DNA of 64,000 nucleotides, from positions 5,443-69,442 of the IMG/VR virus record IMGVR_UViG_3300049578_000049; one strand, written 5' to 3'. Below the pieces are notes generated by a model. The model worked only from the letters and a program-made list of their open reading frames with translations. It made no database searches and was not told the origin of the DNA. The translations under genes and the position numbers were made by a program. The stretch is from a virus. Lineage: Duplodnaviria; Caudoviricetes. Below are positions 1 to 9,310 of this stretch, piece after piece; positions within the stretch are counted from its first letter, which is position 1; each line of letters opens with the position of its first letter.

Positions 1-1
1 A

Positions 2-376
2 GATGCGCACGTGGATCCCCGCCTCGGCCGCCTTGCGCAGGCAGTCCCACGTCCCGCGCGACCCGGCGGCCGGGAACGCGAGGCAGACGTCCGCCCCCGC
101 CGCCACCATCTCCGAGTTCCGGATCATGCCGGCGGCCTTGCCGCGCCCGTCCCAGTCGGCCGGGTGTCCCTCGTTCGTGCACCCGCGCGTCTGTTCCGCG
201 AACCGCTGCGCCACCCGGTCGACCCCGCCCCGCGGGCACCGGCCCTCCACGATGACGACGCCCTGCCCGCGCATCAGCGGCGCCGAAACGGCGACATACA
301 GCACGTTCTCGACGTACGCCGCCTGCGCCTTGGTCACCTCGCGCGACCCGGTGACCAGGATCCGGTACGGCTTCAT
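2..376 (-). CDS. SLOG-family (DUF2493/YspA-like) protein, 3' end runs off the window
   Basis: Not in the ORF track. Hand translation gives MKPYRILVTGSRE...VEGRCPRGGVD...HPADWDGRGKAAGMIRNSEMV...CLAFPAAGSRGTWDC, the GSR / G-A-D / AG.IRN / SRGT SLOG pattern. Confidence 0.8.
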   Translation of the reverse strand, partial: MKPYRILVTGSREVTKAQAAYVENVLYVAVSAPLMRGQGVVIVEGRCPRGGVDRVAQRFAEQTRGCTNEGHPADWDGRGKAAGMIRNSEMVAAGADVCLAFPAAGSRGTWDCLRKAAEAGIHVRI

Positions 377-705
377 CGGTCGAACCGCCAGTACGTCGGC
401 GAGTCTGGGCAGAGCTGGCACGACAGCTCGGTACCTTCGCCGGCGCACGCGCGGCCCGAGATCTGGCCGGGTGCCGGCGTCCCGCACCCGATCGCCCGCG
501 CCTCGGCCTTGCCCGTCTGCTCGACCCAGCGGCCGAGCGGCTCGCCCGGCTCCTGACCCAGCGCGCAGACCTTGTGCGCCTTCCAGGGCTTGCCCGGCTC
601 GTTCATCGCCGCCGGCTTCCCGCAGTACCGGCAGGGCCCCTGTTGCCGCTCGATCCGGTCGCTCCAGGGACCGTTGAGCGTCGAGATCCACGGATCGTCA
701 GCCAC
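373..705 (-). CDS. Hypothetical Cys-rich (zinc-finger-like) protein
   Basis: GTG start re-picked. CxxC motifs (CRYC, CQLC). Coupled to neighbouring genes. Confidence 0.55.
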   Translation of the reverse strand: MADDPWISTLNGPWSDRIERQQGPCRYCGKPAAMNEPGKPWKAHKVCALGQEPGEPLGRWVEQTGKAEARAIGCGTPAPGQISGRACAGEGTELSCQLCPDSPTYWRFDR

Positions 706-1456
706 GGCCGGCCCGCCGATCCACACCGGCGGCGACGTACGCGGCCCGCCACCGGGCATCCGCGAGGCGCCGCGCGGTGCGGTCCGTGGCCAGCCGGCGG
801 CGCTGCTCACGCAGGCGCAGGACCGTGCGCTCCGTCGACCCGATCCGCTCGGCGATCTGTCGGGCTGTGGCCGGCCGGCTCCGCAGCGGACCGTTGGGTA
901 CCCGCCACCCTTCCAGCCGGGCCACCGCGGCGAGCAGGTCGCCGTGCGTCGGCGTCCCGATGACGCGCGCCCCACCGGCGAGCGCCCGGACCATTACGCC
1001 GTCCACCCGCCACCGGCCCGCGCGGAACGGCCGCCGCGGGTCGTACTGCAGGCGGCCTCCGGTGAGCCGCTTGACCCGGCGCCCGTCGGCGAACGCCTCG
1101 TGGGCCAGCCTGAGGTCCCGTTCCCTGTCGCGGGCCTGCCGGTACCGGGCCTGGCGGGCGGTAAACTTCTGCACCGACTCAGGGCACCGGCACCCGTCGA
1201 TGTAGGCCAGGATCGTCCCGTGCCGTTCGGCGATGCACCGGCCCTGCGCGTCCACCGCCGCTTCCCGCCGCCGATACGACCGCCGCCCGCCTTTGGCCTT
1301 CCATTCCTCGTGCGCCTGCACGGCTCCGGGGCACCGGCACCCGGCGTGCCACGCGGCGTGCGTCGCGGTGTGAAACTCCCCCGTGCACGCGGGGTTCTCC
1401 GCCGGCACCGGGATCCGGTGGTTGCCGGCCCTGGCGACCGTCCTGTTCGTGCTCAT
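698..1456 (-). CDS. Hypothetical protein with two GCRC motifs and a C-terminal HTH-like segment
   Basis: HAGCRCP and HGT..YIDGCRCP repeats; TARQIAERIGSTERTVLRLR resembles an HTH. Confidence 0.65.
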   Translation of the reverse strand: MSTNRTVARAGNHRIPVPAENPACTGEFHTATHAAWHAGCRCPGAVQAHEEWKAKGGRRSYRRREAAVDAQGRCIAERHGTILAYIDGCRCPESVQKFTARQARYRQARDRERDLRLAHEAFADGRRVKRLTGGRLQYDPRRPFRAGRWRVDGVMVRALAGGARVIGTPTHGDLLAAVARLEGWRVPNGPLRSRPATARQIAERIGSTERTVLRLREQRRRLATDRTARRLADARWRAAYVAAGVDRRAGRG

Positions 1457-1508
1457 CGCTCATCCTCTCGGTTGTGCGCGGGGCGGCCGGAGCCGCCCCG
1501 CCGGAACG

Positions 1509-1775
1509 TCACTTCCCCGTCAGCCCGTCCGGGTCGACCGTCCACGGTCCGGTGATCACGAGGCGCCGCATCGGCACCTGCTTGCCGTCCGGGTCCTTGC
1601 TCACCCCGGTCTCGAACTCCACCGCGGCCGCGACCTGATCGAGGACCCGGCGCCCCGCCTCGGCCGGCTCGATGTTGGTGCTGTCGATCGTCCCCGTCGC
1701 CTCCATCTCGTTGCCGAGCACCCGCTCGGCCTCGGTCCGGGCCATCACGTCGTCAGTCGCCTTGCGCCTCGCCAT
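1509..1775 (-). CDS. Hypothetical protein
   Basis: RBS (GGAG) before ATG; operon context. Confidence 0.7.
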   Translation of the reverse strand: MARRKATDDVMARTEAERVLGNEMEATGTIDSTNIEPAEAGRRVLDQVAAAVEFETGVSKDPDGKQVPMRRLVITGPWTVDPDGLTGK

Positions 1776-1784
1776 GGTCGTCTC

Positions 1785-2702
1785 CTACTCCTTGTCGTCG
1801 GCCTGCACGATGCTGGCCGTGTACTCACCCCGACGGATGTCGAAGCTGTCGTCGTCGGTCACATGGTCCGCCATGCCGATCAGCGCCGCGGCGCGCCGGA
1901 CGTCCCGGCACCAGAACAGGACCGTGTTGCCCTGCCCGTCGATCATGGTGACCTCCGGCAGCCCCAGCCGATGCCACGCGTTCGGGAACGTATCGATCTC
2001 CGGACCGATCCACCATCCACGCTCGTCGGTCGGCATGGCGTCGCGCAGGTTGTTGAGCCGGACGTGCGGCGCCAGTTCCGCGCGCGGCCTGGCCGGCACG
2101 GGGTCCGCCATCGTCCCGCCGTGATGCGTCGGCCGCGTCCAGTTGTGCGCCATCTTCCGCTTGTACTCCGCGTCCAGGTCGATCCCGATCCCCCGCGTCA
2201 CCGTGAGCAGCGCCCTGAGCGCTGCCCACGCCGTCAGCACCACGCCGTTGCGCATGGCCGCGACCTTCTCGTGCAGCCACGCCATCCGGTCGCCGAACGA
2301 CACGAACGGACGTTCGGGTGCGACGTCCGGCACCGTATCCAGCTGCAGGTCCCGCACGTTGAGCATCTCCCACGCATCGGCCGTCGACAGCAGCCGGATC
2401 AGCACGTCCGCCAGCTCGGCCCCGACGCCCTCAGGCTTCGGAAGCTGGTAGTCCTTGCCTGCGACAAGAAAGTCGTACTCGCCACCCTTTCGCACGAGGT
2501 CGCTCTGGAGCTGGGTGGCATCGGCGAGCCGGTGCTTCCGGTAGGCGTCCGTCGCCTCGCCGATCTCCGAGTGCAGCAGGGCGATGTAGTCGCCGAACGT
2601 GTTCTCACCCGGCCCGCCGTCAGCCGGCCGCCACCCCTTGGCGATGTTGCACTCGCGGACCTCGTTCATCATCTGGCCGATCGTCTTCGCCATCGGAATC
2701 AC
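1785..2702 (-). CDS. MazG-like nucleotide pyrophosphohydrolase with an unknown C-terminal domain
   Basis: IALLHSEIGEATDAYR and PEGVGAELADVLIRLL motifs. Confidence 0.8.
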   Translation of the reverse strand: MIPMAKTIGQMMNEVRECNIAKGWRPADGGPGENTFGDYIALLHSEIGEATDAYRKHRLADATQLQSDLVRKGGEYDFLVAGKDYQLPKPEGVGAELADVLIRLLSTADAWEMLNVRDLQLDTVPDVAPERPFVSFGDRMAWLHEKVAAMRNGVVLTAWAALRALLTVTRGIGIDLDAEYKRKMAHNWTRPTHHGGTMADPVPARPRAELAPHVRLNNLRDAMPTDERGWWIGPEIDTFPNAWHRLGLPEVTMIDGQGNTVLFWCRDVRRAAALIGMADHVTDDDSFDIRRGEYTASIVQADDKE

Positions 2703-3847
2703 TTCCCCTTCAGCGGCTGGAGCAGGTGCCGCCAGTCGTCGTTGCCCGGCACGGTGATGACGACGCCGGCCACCACGCCGGTCCGCATCGCGATGTCCAC
2801 CTCGCCGCCCGGCGCCGAGCCGAGCGCGTCGCCCAGCTTGTCCGGGTTGAACTTGAGCGTGTGCTCCGGCCCGGAGTACTCCGCGTCGACCTCCTCGTCG
2901 GCACCCTTCTGCTTGTCGTCGGCGGGGACGTTGATGGTGATCAGGTCCGGCCCGAAGTGCAGCACGACCGGCGCGCCCTTGCCCTGCATGATGCCTGCCC
3001 GCTTGAGCGGCACCGTCAGGTCGGCCACCTTGACCCGCACGTGCTCGGGCTGGTCGACGCCGAACAGCTTGCCGATCCGCTCGTCGTACGGCTCGCTGAT
3101 CTGCCGCATGACGATGGACCGCGTCGCCGAGGTCAGCGACAGCGAGCCTCCGTCCAGTCCGACCTCGATGTCGTCCGGCCCCATGAACGCAGCCGTCACG
3201 TCCACCGCGACCTGTCCGAGCAGGAGGGCGGTGGGCGAGGTGAGTGCGATGTCCATCGTCGCGTCTCCCGCCGCAGCCTCCTCGGTCATCGCAAACGGTG
3301 CCCGCGCCCGAGCGGCCCGGTAGGAGTCCGACGCCATCACGGTCACCCGCTCCTCCTCAAAGGTCAGGTGGACGCACCGGCTCTGCACCACCGCGGCGTC
3401 GGCCTGCGTGGCGGCCGCCGCCTTGGCCACCGCATCGTGCAGCGCGTCGCCCCCGTGCAGCACGCCGATCGTGTTCGGCTCGGTCGGCACCTCGGGGAAG
3501 TCGTCGGCGTTCATGGTCGGCAGCGATCCGTGCCACCGTCCGGCCGCGATCAGCACGTCGTCGGTCCCGCCGGAGATCTCGACCTCCTTGTTCGGGAAGG
3601 TCGCGACCAGCTCGGCCAGCAGCCGCCCGGACACGACCGCAGACCCCGATGCCCGTCCGGCGACCGGCACGATGGCTCGCGCCGTGACCACCTCGTTGTA
3701 GGCCGTGATGTAGAGGCCCTCGTCCTCGATGTCGAGCAGCAGCCCGCCCTGCATCGGCACGACCGGCTTGGTCGCGATGAACTTCGCCGCCCACTTGACG
3801 GCCGCCGCGAACACCTGCGGCTTCGCGGTGATGGTTCCCTCGATCAT
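2699..3847 (-). CDS. dnaN: DNA polymerase III beta sliding clamp (phage-encoded)
   Basis: 382 aa, three-domain pattern (LYITAYNEVV, SGRLLAELVATFP, MASDSYRAA, KFNPDKLGDAL, HLLQPL). Confidence 0.9.
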   Translation of the reverse strand: MIEGTITAKPQVFAAAVKWAAKFIATKPVVPMQGGLLLDIEDEGLYITAYNEVVTARAIVPVAGRASGSAVVSGRLLAELVATFPNKEVEISGGTDDVLIAAGRWHGSLPTMNADDFPEVPTEPNTIGVLHGGDALHDAVAKAAAATQADAAVVQSRCVHLTFEEERVTVMASDSYRAARARAPFAMTEEAAAGDATMDIALTSPTALLLGQVAVDVTAAFMGPDDIEVGLDGGSLSLTSATRSIVMRQISEPYDERIGKLFGVDQPEHVRVKVADLTVPLKRAGIMQGKGAPVVLHFGPDLITINVPADDKQKGADEEVDAEYSGPEHTLKFNPDKLGDALGSAPGGEVDIAMRTGVVAGVVITVPGNDDWRHLLQPLKGK

Positions 3848-3865
3848 GTGCTCTCCTCTCGGTCC

Positions 3866-4312
3866 TCAGCCTTGCCGGCCGAGGTAGATGTAGATCTCCG
3901 CTTCCAGGAAGCGGGCGAAGTCGGGGAAGACCTCGGTCTGCGGGTGGCAGTGGAAGACGTGCTCGCGCGGCCCGACCACGATGAGCCGGCGCATCCGGCC
4001 CTCCGTGATCAGCATGTCCATCGCGAAGCCGTGCTCCACGTGCCGTCCGCCCCGCTCGCCCTGGCCGGTGAACGACACGATCGCGTCGCATCCGGTGAGG
4101 TCCACGAGATCCCGCAAGCCGTACTCCCATGCCGCGCGCACGACGGCCATGTCGTCCAGTTGCCCGGCCGAGAATCCCGTGTCGGCCTCGCTCTGGTCGC
4201 TGGTCAGCCACCGCGAGTGCACCTCGGCGCCGAGCCCGGCGGCCTCGAGCTGGTCGGCGTACCGTGCCAGCTCGGTCCGCCGCTCGTAGGCGCCGGCGAA
4301 ATAGAATCGCAT
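3866..4312 (-). CDS. Nucleoside 2-deoxyribosyltransferase-like protein
   Basis: YFAG...DLVDLTGCDAIVSF...GGRHVEHGFA pattern. Start re-picked at an ATG overlapping the upstream stop. Confidence 0.7.
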   Translation of the reverse strand: MRFYFAGAYERRTELARYADQLEAAGLGAEVHSRWLTSDQSEADTGFSAGQLDDMAVVRAAWEYGLRDLVDLTGCDAIVSFTGQGERGGRHVEHGFAMDMLITEGRMRRLIVVGPREHVFHCHPQTEVFPDFARFLEAEIYIYLGRQG

Positions 4313-5283
4313 CAGACCTCCAGGTCGAACAGGGTGGTGGCCTCGACCTCGGTCTTGTCGACCGCGGCCAGGTTGCGCAGCGTCTGCTTGTAGTAGCTGG
4401 TCTTCAGCTCGGCGCCGACGCCGCGACGGCCGCACCGCACGGCCTCGTAGACCTCGCTGCCGACGCCCATGAACGGCGTGAACACCGTCTCGCCGGGGTT
4501 GCTCCAGAGCTGCACGCCGCGGTGGATGACGTCGAGCTGCAACGGGTGGACGTGCTTCTCGTCGTCGGGGTCGCGCGACTCCCGGAACGGCAGCACGTTG
4601 TCCAAGCGCACGTCGTCCCAGAACGCCGAGGCGTACTGCCTCCACACCCAGTGCGAGAACCGGTTCTCGGTCTGCTTGCCGGTCCACCAGCGGTAGTCCA
4701 GCAGTTCGGCCGGCACTGGCCGCTCCCCCGCATACTCCGTCAGCCCGACGGGGTTAGCCACCGGCACCGAGTTGGTCCCGCGCTTGCGGAACGCCAGCAG
4801 GTAGTCGGCCGAGGCGACCGAGCAGTTGGTGGCGTCGTCCACGATCGTCTTGTGCGCGAGTCCCTTCGTCATGGTCCGGTTCCGGACGGTCAGCGGCTCC
4901 TTCCACACGTGGTAGCGCCCCACGTAGTCGAAGCCGATCGCCGCGTGCATGCGGATGATGTCGCCGGGGAAATCGCGCAGGCTGTCGCCCTTGCCGGTGT
5001 TGGAGTTGGGAACGTCCATGCAGTGCACGAGCGACCGCCGGCCTGGCATGGTGATCCGGTGGATCTCCCGGACGACGTGCTCGTAGTGCGTGAAGAACTC
5101 CTCGTAGGATCGGTTGTTGCTCAGGTCCCGCTCGCTGGACGAGTAGTGGTAGAGCCCGGCGAACGGCGGCGAGTAGATCGACAGGTGCACGGCGTCGGCC
5201 GGCAGCGACCCCATCACCTCCATGCAGTCGCCGTTGTAGACCGCCCACCGGTCCGTGATCTGCTGGTCGAGCACCTTGCCCAT
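4312..5283 (-). CDS. Site-specific DNA methyltransferase (N4-C/N6-A class, SPPF motif)
   Basis: GDC..., SIYSPPF catalytic motif, HPLQL, PFMGVGSE SAM-binding motif. Confidence 0.92.
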   Translation of the reverse strand: MGKVLDQQITDRWAVYNGDCMEVMGSLPADAVHLSIYSPPFAGLYHYSSSERDLSNNRSYEEFFTHYEHVVREIHRITMPGRRSLVHCMDVPNSNTGKGDSLRDFPGDIIRMHAAIGFDYVGRYHVWKEPLTVRNRTMTKGLAHKTIVDDATNCSVASADYLLAFRKRGTNSVPVANPVGLTEYAGERPVPAELLDYRWWTGKQTENRFSHWVWRQYASAFWDDVRLDNVLPFRESRDPDDEKHVHPLQLDVIHRGVQLWSNPGETVFTPFMGVGSEVYEAVRCGRRGVGAELKTSYYKQTLRNLAAVDKTEVEATTLFDLEV

Positions 5284-5300
5284 GGTCGTCTCCTTCTCGG

Positions 5301-6689
5301 TCACAGCCACGCCGGGACCTGCACCGGGTGGGGGTAGTCGCTCACCGCGTGCACGGCCAGGGCATTGCGCATGTGCCGGGTGAGCGCATCGAACATCTCG
5401 TCCGCGGCCTTGGCCTTGCGCCTCAGGTTGGCGAACGTGCGCTCGCCGCCGGGCGTGGTCACGATGTCCACGGTGACCGGCTCGGCCTGGCCGAAGCGCC
5501 ACGAGCGGCGGACGGCCTGGTAGTACTGCTCGTAGGAGTGCGACGGAAAATAGGTCATACGGTGACAATGTTGCCAATTGAGGCCAAAGGCTCCCAATTT
5601 TGGCTTCGTGACCAGTACTCGGATCTCCCCATCCGAGAAGGCGCGCAGCTTCTCCTCCTTCTCCTCCGGCGAGTCCGACCCGGACACCTGCACCGCCCCG
5701 TCCATCAGCTTGACGAGCAGGTCCGCCTCGTCGTTCAGGTGGCACCACGCGACGCCCGGCTTGGCATCGGCCAGCAGCTCGGCCGCCTTCTCGCACCGCT
5801 CAGTCAGTGTGCGCCGGATCTCCTCGCGCTCCTCGGCCAGCCCGACCGCGGGCACGTCGAACAGCCGGCCGTCGGCGACCGTGTTCGCCTCGATCTTGTG
5901 CCGCACCTCGCGCAGCTCGGGCAGCACGTACCCGTCGTCGCTGAACCCGAGGTCCGACGGCTTGCGCACCGCCCGGGCCCACGACACGACCCACCGCCAG
6001 AACGCGTCCTCGGCGTGGCCCTTGAACCGCCACCCGTGCTGCTCCGCCGCCTCTGCGGACCGTCCGCCGAACCGCCCCCGGAACGTCGCCGAGGACCGCT
6101 GGCTGTTGGTGAAGAACCGGCCGAGCATGTCCATGTGCCCGAGGTAGCCGAGCGCCTCGGACGACGTGCCCAGCTCGACGTAGTCGTTCGGCGCCGCCGT
6201 GGCGGTCGCGAGCAGACGGTACGGCACAGTGCGCAGGAACTCGGTCACGAGCGCCTTGCGCTTGCCGTCGAAGTTCTTGATGGCCGACGACTCGTCGCAG
6301 ACCACCGCGCCGAAGTCGGCGGGGTTGAACTTCTCGATCTGCTCGTAGTTGGTGATCGTGATCTGGGCGGGCAGTGTGCCGTCGCGCGAGATCCCCGCGT
6401 CGAACCCGAACTTCTCCGCCTCGCCCTGCGTCTGGAACGCGACAGCAAGCGGCGTGAGCACGAGCACCGGCTTGCCGGTGGCAAGCGCGGCGTTGTGCGC
6501 CCACGTGAGCTGCATCGGCGTCTTACCCAGCCCGCAGTCCGCGAACAGCGCCCCGCGACCGAGCCGACAGGCCCAGTCCACGAGCGTGTGCTGGAAGCCG
6601 AACAGGAACGACGGCACCGAGGCGAACGGGAACCCGTCGTCCGCGCCGTACTGGCTCTTGCCGGCCAGGAAGTCGATGTACTCGCTCAC
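5301..6689 (-). CDS. SNF2/SF2-type helicase
   Basis: ADCGLGKT Walker A, CDESS motif II, TATAAPND, GLNWQ, QAVRRSWRFGQ motif VI. Confidence 0.92.
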   Translation of the reverse strand: MSEYIDFLAGKSQYGADDGFPFASVPSFLFGFQHTLVDWACRLGRGALFADCGLGKTPMQLTWAHNAALATGKPVLVLTPLAVAFQTQGEAEKFGFDAGISRDGTLPAQITITNYEQIEKFNPADFGAVVCDESSAIKNFDGKRKALVTEFLRTVPYRLLATATAAPNDYVELGTSSEALGYLGHMDMLGRFFTNSQRSSATFRGRFGGRSAEAAEQHGWRFKGHAEDAFWRWVVSWARAVRKPSDLGFSDDGYVLPELREVRHKIEANTVADGRLFDVPAVGLAEEREEIRRTLTERCEKAAELLADAKPGVAWCHLNDEADLLVKLMDGAVQVSGSDSPEEKEEKLRAFSDGEIRVLVTKPKLGAFGLNWQHCHRMTYFPSHSYEQYYQAVRRSWRFGQAEPVTVDIVTTPGGERTFANLRRKAKAADEMFDALTRHMRNALAVHAVSDYPHPVQVPAWL

Positions 6690-6931
6690 GCCGCGGCATC
6701 GCGCGAGAAGGGCTTGCGCCAGACCGGAACGGGACCCTCCTTGCTCCGGCTCAGGCCGAGCCGGGCGGCCGTCTCCTCCATGCTCTCGTCGTTGAAGCGG
6801 ACCACCTCGGCGTTGAGCACCTTGGTCACGTCCACGTCGTAGCCGGCCGCCCGCATCGCCGCGGCCTTCACCTGAGCGACCCCCCACCTTTCGGCAGGGC
6901 ATCGGAAGTTCTGCTTGTCGGTGTTCGCCAC
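6686..6931 (-). CDS. Small putative ribbon-helix-helix DNA-binding protein
   Basis: 81 aa: beta-like KQNFRC followed by two predicted helices. An inverted pair of the phage motif lies immediately upstream. Confidence 0.5.
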   Translation of the reverse strand: MANTDKQNFRCPAERWGVAQVKAAAMRAAGYDVDVTKVLNAEVVRFNDESMEETAARLGLSRSKEGPVPVWRKPFSRDAAA

Positions 6932-6960
6932 CGTCGCTCCTCTCGTCTGTGCAAAAAAAA

Positions 6961-6986
6961 CTGTACCCCCATTATCGGGGGTACAG
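6961..6986. promoter_or_regulatory. Inverted pair of the GGGGGTACAG motif (CTGTACCCCC-N6-GGGGGTACAG)
   Basis: Read directly; intergenic, upstream of 6686..6931. Confidence 0.8.
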
Positions 6987-7013
6987 TTCGAAACCGCAAG
7001 TGTCCTGCTGATC

Positions 7014-7472
7014 CTAGGGCTCGATCACCGGCAGCCCCGCCGGAGCGATGCAGTCGGCCGACTCTTCCCACACGGTCAGCTCGGCCATCGCCGCAGCCAG
7101 CTGGTGCTCCAAGGTGTCGATCTTCCCGAGCAACATCTGCTGCTCCTCCTCCGCCCGAGCGGTTCGCCTCTCCGAGCGCTCAAGCTCGGCGGTAAGGTCG
7201 CCCGAGATCCGGCGCTGGATCTCCAGCCGCTTCTCCGCGTCCGCCCTCTCCCGTCCGAGCCGCGACATCTCCCGGACCGCGACCATCACGGTCAGCGGAT
7301 AGTACCCGGGGTCGTTGGACCCGGCGGCGGCCATGGCCATGGCCGAACCGCCCTCGATGCACAGCGGGTGAGCACCGCAGTTCGGCTCGGTCGCGGCGTG
7401 TTCGTCGCTGATCTGGACCATCTCGGCCAGCATCTCCGCGTACCGGCGGTAGATCTCCTCGTTGCTGAGCAT
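7014..7472 (-). CDS. Hypothetical coiled-coil protein
   Basis: Glu/Arg-rich heptad-like C-terminal half; translationally coupled. Confidence 0.7.
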   Translation of the reverse strand: MLSNEEIYRRYAEMLAEMVQISDEHAATEPNCGAHPLCIEGGSAMAMAAAGSNDPGYYPLTVMVAVREMSRLGRERADAEKRLEIQRRISGDLTAELERSERRTARAEEEQQMLLGKIDTLEHQLAAAMAELTVWEESADCIAPAGLPVIEP

Positions 7473-8263
7473 CAGCTCTCCTCCGCCTTGCGCTTCAGGC
7501 CGACCCTGCGGACCAGGTCCACGAGCCGGATCTTCTCTCCGTCGGCCAGCTCGACCTCCGCCGCGCCGATCGAGCGGCTGCCGTAGAGCTCCTGCTTGAT
7601 CTGCGACAGCCGATCCATCGTGGTCCGCTCGTCCAGGATCTCGGTCGCGTACTCGGCCGGCGTCGGCGCCGGCGGGCCGGCGATCTCGTGCTGCGGCCCG
7701 TACTCCGGATCCAGTTCCGGCCGGTTGACCGGGATCGCGAGCGCCTGAGTGTAGAAGGTCCGCAGCGCCACGGACTGCGCCTTGGACGACGACTTGTCGC
7801 CGGAGTCGAAGCCCTCACCAGGAGTCTCGCCGATGAACGAATCGCCACGCGGCCCGATCACCATGAACCGGCTGACGGTCCGGCAGTAGTTCATCGGGGA
7901 TCCGCTCTTTGTGGGGATCACGGAGTGCTCCGGTGCGGCACCGACCGGGATCACCGCCACGCCGTGTTTGCGCAACGCCGGTCCGACCACGTCGACCACG
8001 TCGTCGATGCCCCGATAGTTGAACCGCGCGCCGTCGGTCGTCTTCCGGCTCTTCCCGAGCCACTGCACGTCCCGCATCACCCGCACCCACGCGACGTGCA
8101 CCGGCACGTCGTCGCCGGCCGGCACGTCGGACTCGTTCACGTCCGGCAGGTCCGGCGTCGTTCGCCCGCCGTCCTCCGGAGCGGGCACGTACGCCGTCGC
8201 AGCGGCGTCCACGTCCCGCAGAATCCCCGCCGCCTCGGCGGCCCTGGCTCTCAAGTCGGTCAT
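7472..8263 (-). CDS. ERF-family single-strand annealing protein
   Basis: FNYRGIDDVVDVVGPALRKHG...GEGFDSGDKSSSKAQSVALR. Confidence 0.88.
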   Translation of the reverse strand: MTDLRARAAEAAGILRDVDAAATAYVPAPEDGGRTTPDLPDVNESDVPAGDDVPVHVAWVRVMRDVQWLGKSRKTTDGARFNYRGIDDVVDVVGPALRKHGVAVIPVGAAPEHSVIPTKSGSPMNYCRTVSRFMVIGPRGDSFIGETPGEGFDSGDKSSSKAQSVALRTFYTQALAIPVNRPELDPEYGPQHEIAGPPAPTPAEYATEILDERTTMDRLSQIKQELYGSRSIGAAEVELADGEKIRLVDLVRRVGLKRKAEES

Positions 8264-8279
8264 CCTCGTCTCCTCTCGG

Positions 8280-9149
8280 TCACACCAGCGTCGTGTCGAC
8301 GGTCTCGACCGGCGACGCCCCGTCGGTGAGCGTACGCAGCGGCCACGACCCGTCCACGGTCGCCGCGTCCTGCGTCTTGCCCTGCTTGATGAAGTGCTCC
8401 TTCAACCCCACCGCCTGCTCCCGCGCCCACCGGACCTGCGCGGCGTGGAGATCGGACAGTGTCATTTCGCCGACCTCGTAGAACGCTCGGGCGACGCCCT
8501 TCGGGTACTTCCGGTCAGCATAGAGAGCGGCGATCTCGTCCAGCGATTCCATGCCGCACCGGTTCGCGATCGTGATGGCGATCCGCAGCGACGCGACCAC
8601 GTCGGCGGTCGCCCCGTGCGCGCTGCCCTCGGCCATCGCCACCCCGTAGTGCGCCGCGGCCACCTCGAGCCGGCGCTTGCCCGGCCGGTACCGGTCGACC
8701 GCCTTGTCCAGCACGTACGTGTCGATGACGGGGAAGACCGCCGCCGTCTGCCGGCCCAGGATCAGAACCACCTGATGCCCAGCCGCTCTGTCGGTCTCCA
8801 GTCTGCCGACTCCGGTCCGCCGCATCTCGCGATCGAGCACGGTCAGGTCGTAGCTGGCGTTGTGCCCGACCATCGGCACCTCCGGCCCGAGCGCCTCGGC
8901 CATCGTCGCCGCGATCGCCGGGATGGCCGCCTCGCGCAGCTTGCCGTGCTCGCGTGCGTGCTCGGTCGTGATGCCGTGCACGCTGGTCGCCTCGGCGGGG
9001 ATGTCCCGCTCCGGCTGGACGAGCACCTCGTGTTCCTCTGGCGCCCCGTCACCGATCCGCACCGTCGCCGCCGTGATGATCCGCGCGTCGGCCGGATCCC
9101 GGCCATCGGTCTCCAGATCGAACCCGAGCGCCTTTCCGGTCCACCACAT
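8280..9149 (-). CDS. DnaQ-like 3'-5' exonuclease
   Basis: FDLETDG (ExoI), GHNASYDL (ExoII), H.A.ADV (ExoIII). Start re-picked at a TGATG overlap. Confidence 0.9.
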   Translation of the reverse strand: MWWTGKALGFDLETDGRDPADARIITAATVRIGDGAPEEHEVLVQPERDIPAEATSVHGITTEHAREHGKLREAAIPAIAATMAEALGPEVPMVGHNASYDLTVLDREMRRTGVGRLETDRAAGHQVVLILGRQTAAVFPVIDTYVLDKAVDRYRPGKRRLEVAAAHYGVAMAEGSAHGATADVVASLRIAITIANRCGMESLDEIAALYADRKYPKGVARAFYEVGEMTLSDLHAAQVRWAREQAVGLKEHFIKQGKTQDAATVDGSWPLRTLTDGASPVETVDTTLV

Positions 9150-9310
9150 CAGCGCCGCCCGGTGAGCGACGAACATGCGCGGCCGAACAGAAGGCTCAGC
9201 ATGAGGCCGAGCGGCATCCCCCACCATCCGAACAACGCCACGCTGACCGCGCCGATGAAGAATGCCGCGATCATCACCGCCACGACCACCAGCCAGTCGT
9301 GAACCGTCAT
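9149..9310 (-). CDS. Small membrane protein
   Basis: 53 aa with two hydrophobic stretches; overlapping start/stop. Confidence 0.55.
   Translation of the reverse strand: MTVHDWLVVVAVMIAAFFIGAVSVALFGWWGMPLGLMLSLLFGRACSSLTGRR

Noticed and set aside
4312-6689. DISARM or restriction-modification defence system
   Set aside because: No drm partner genes or restriction nuclease; the location in the phage early operon fits a common phage helicase/methylase pair.
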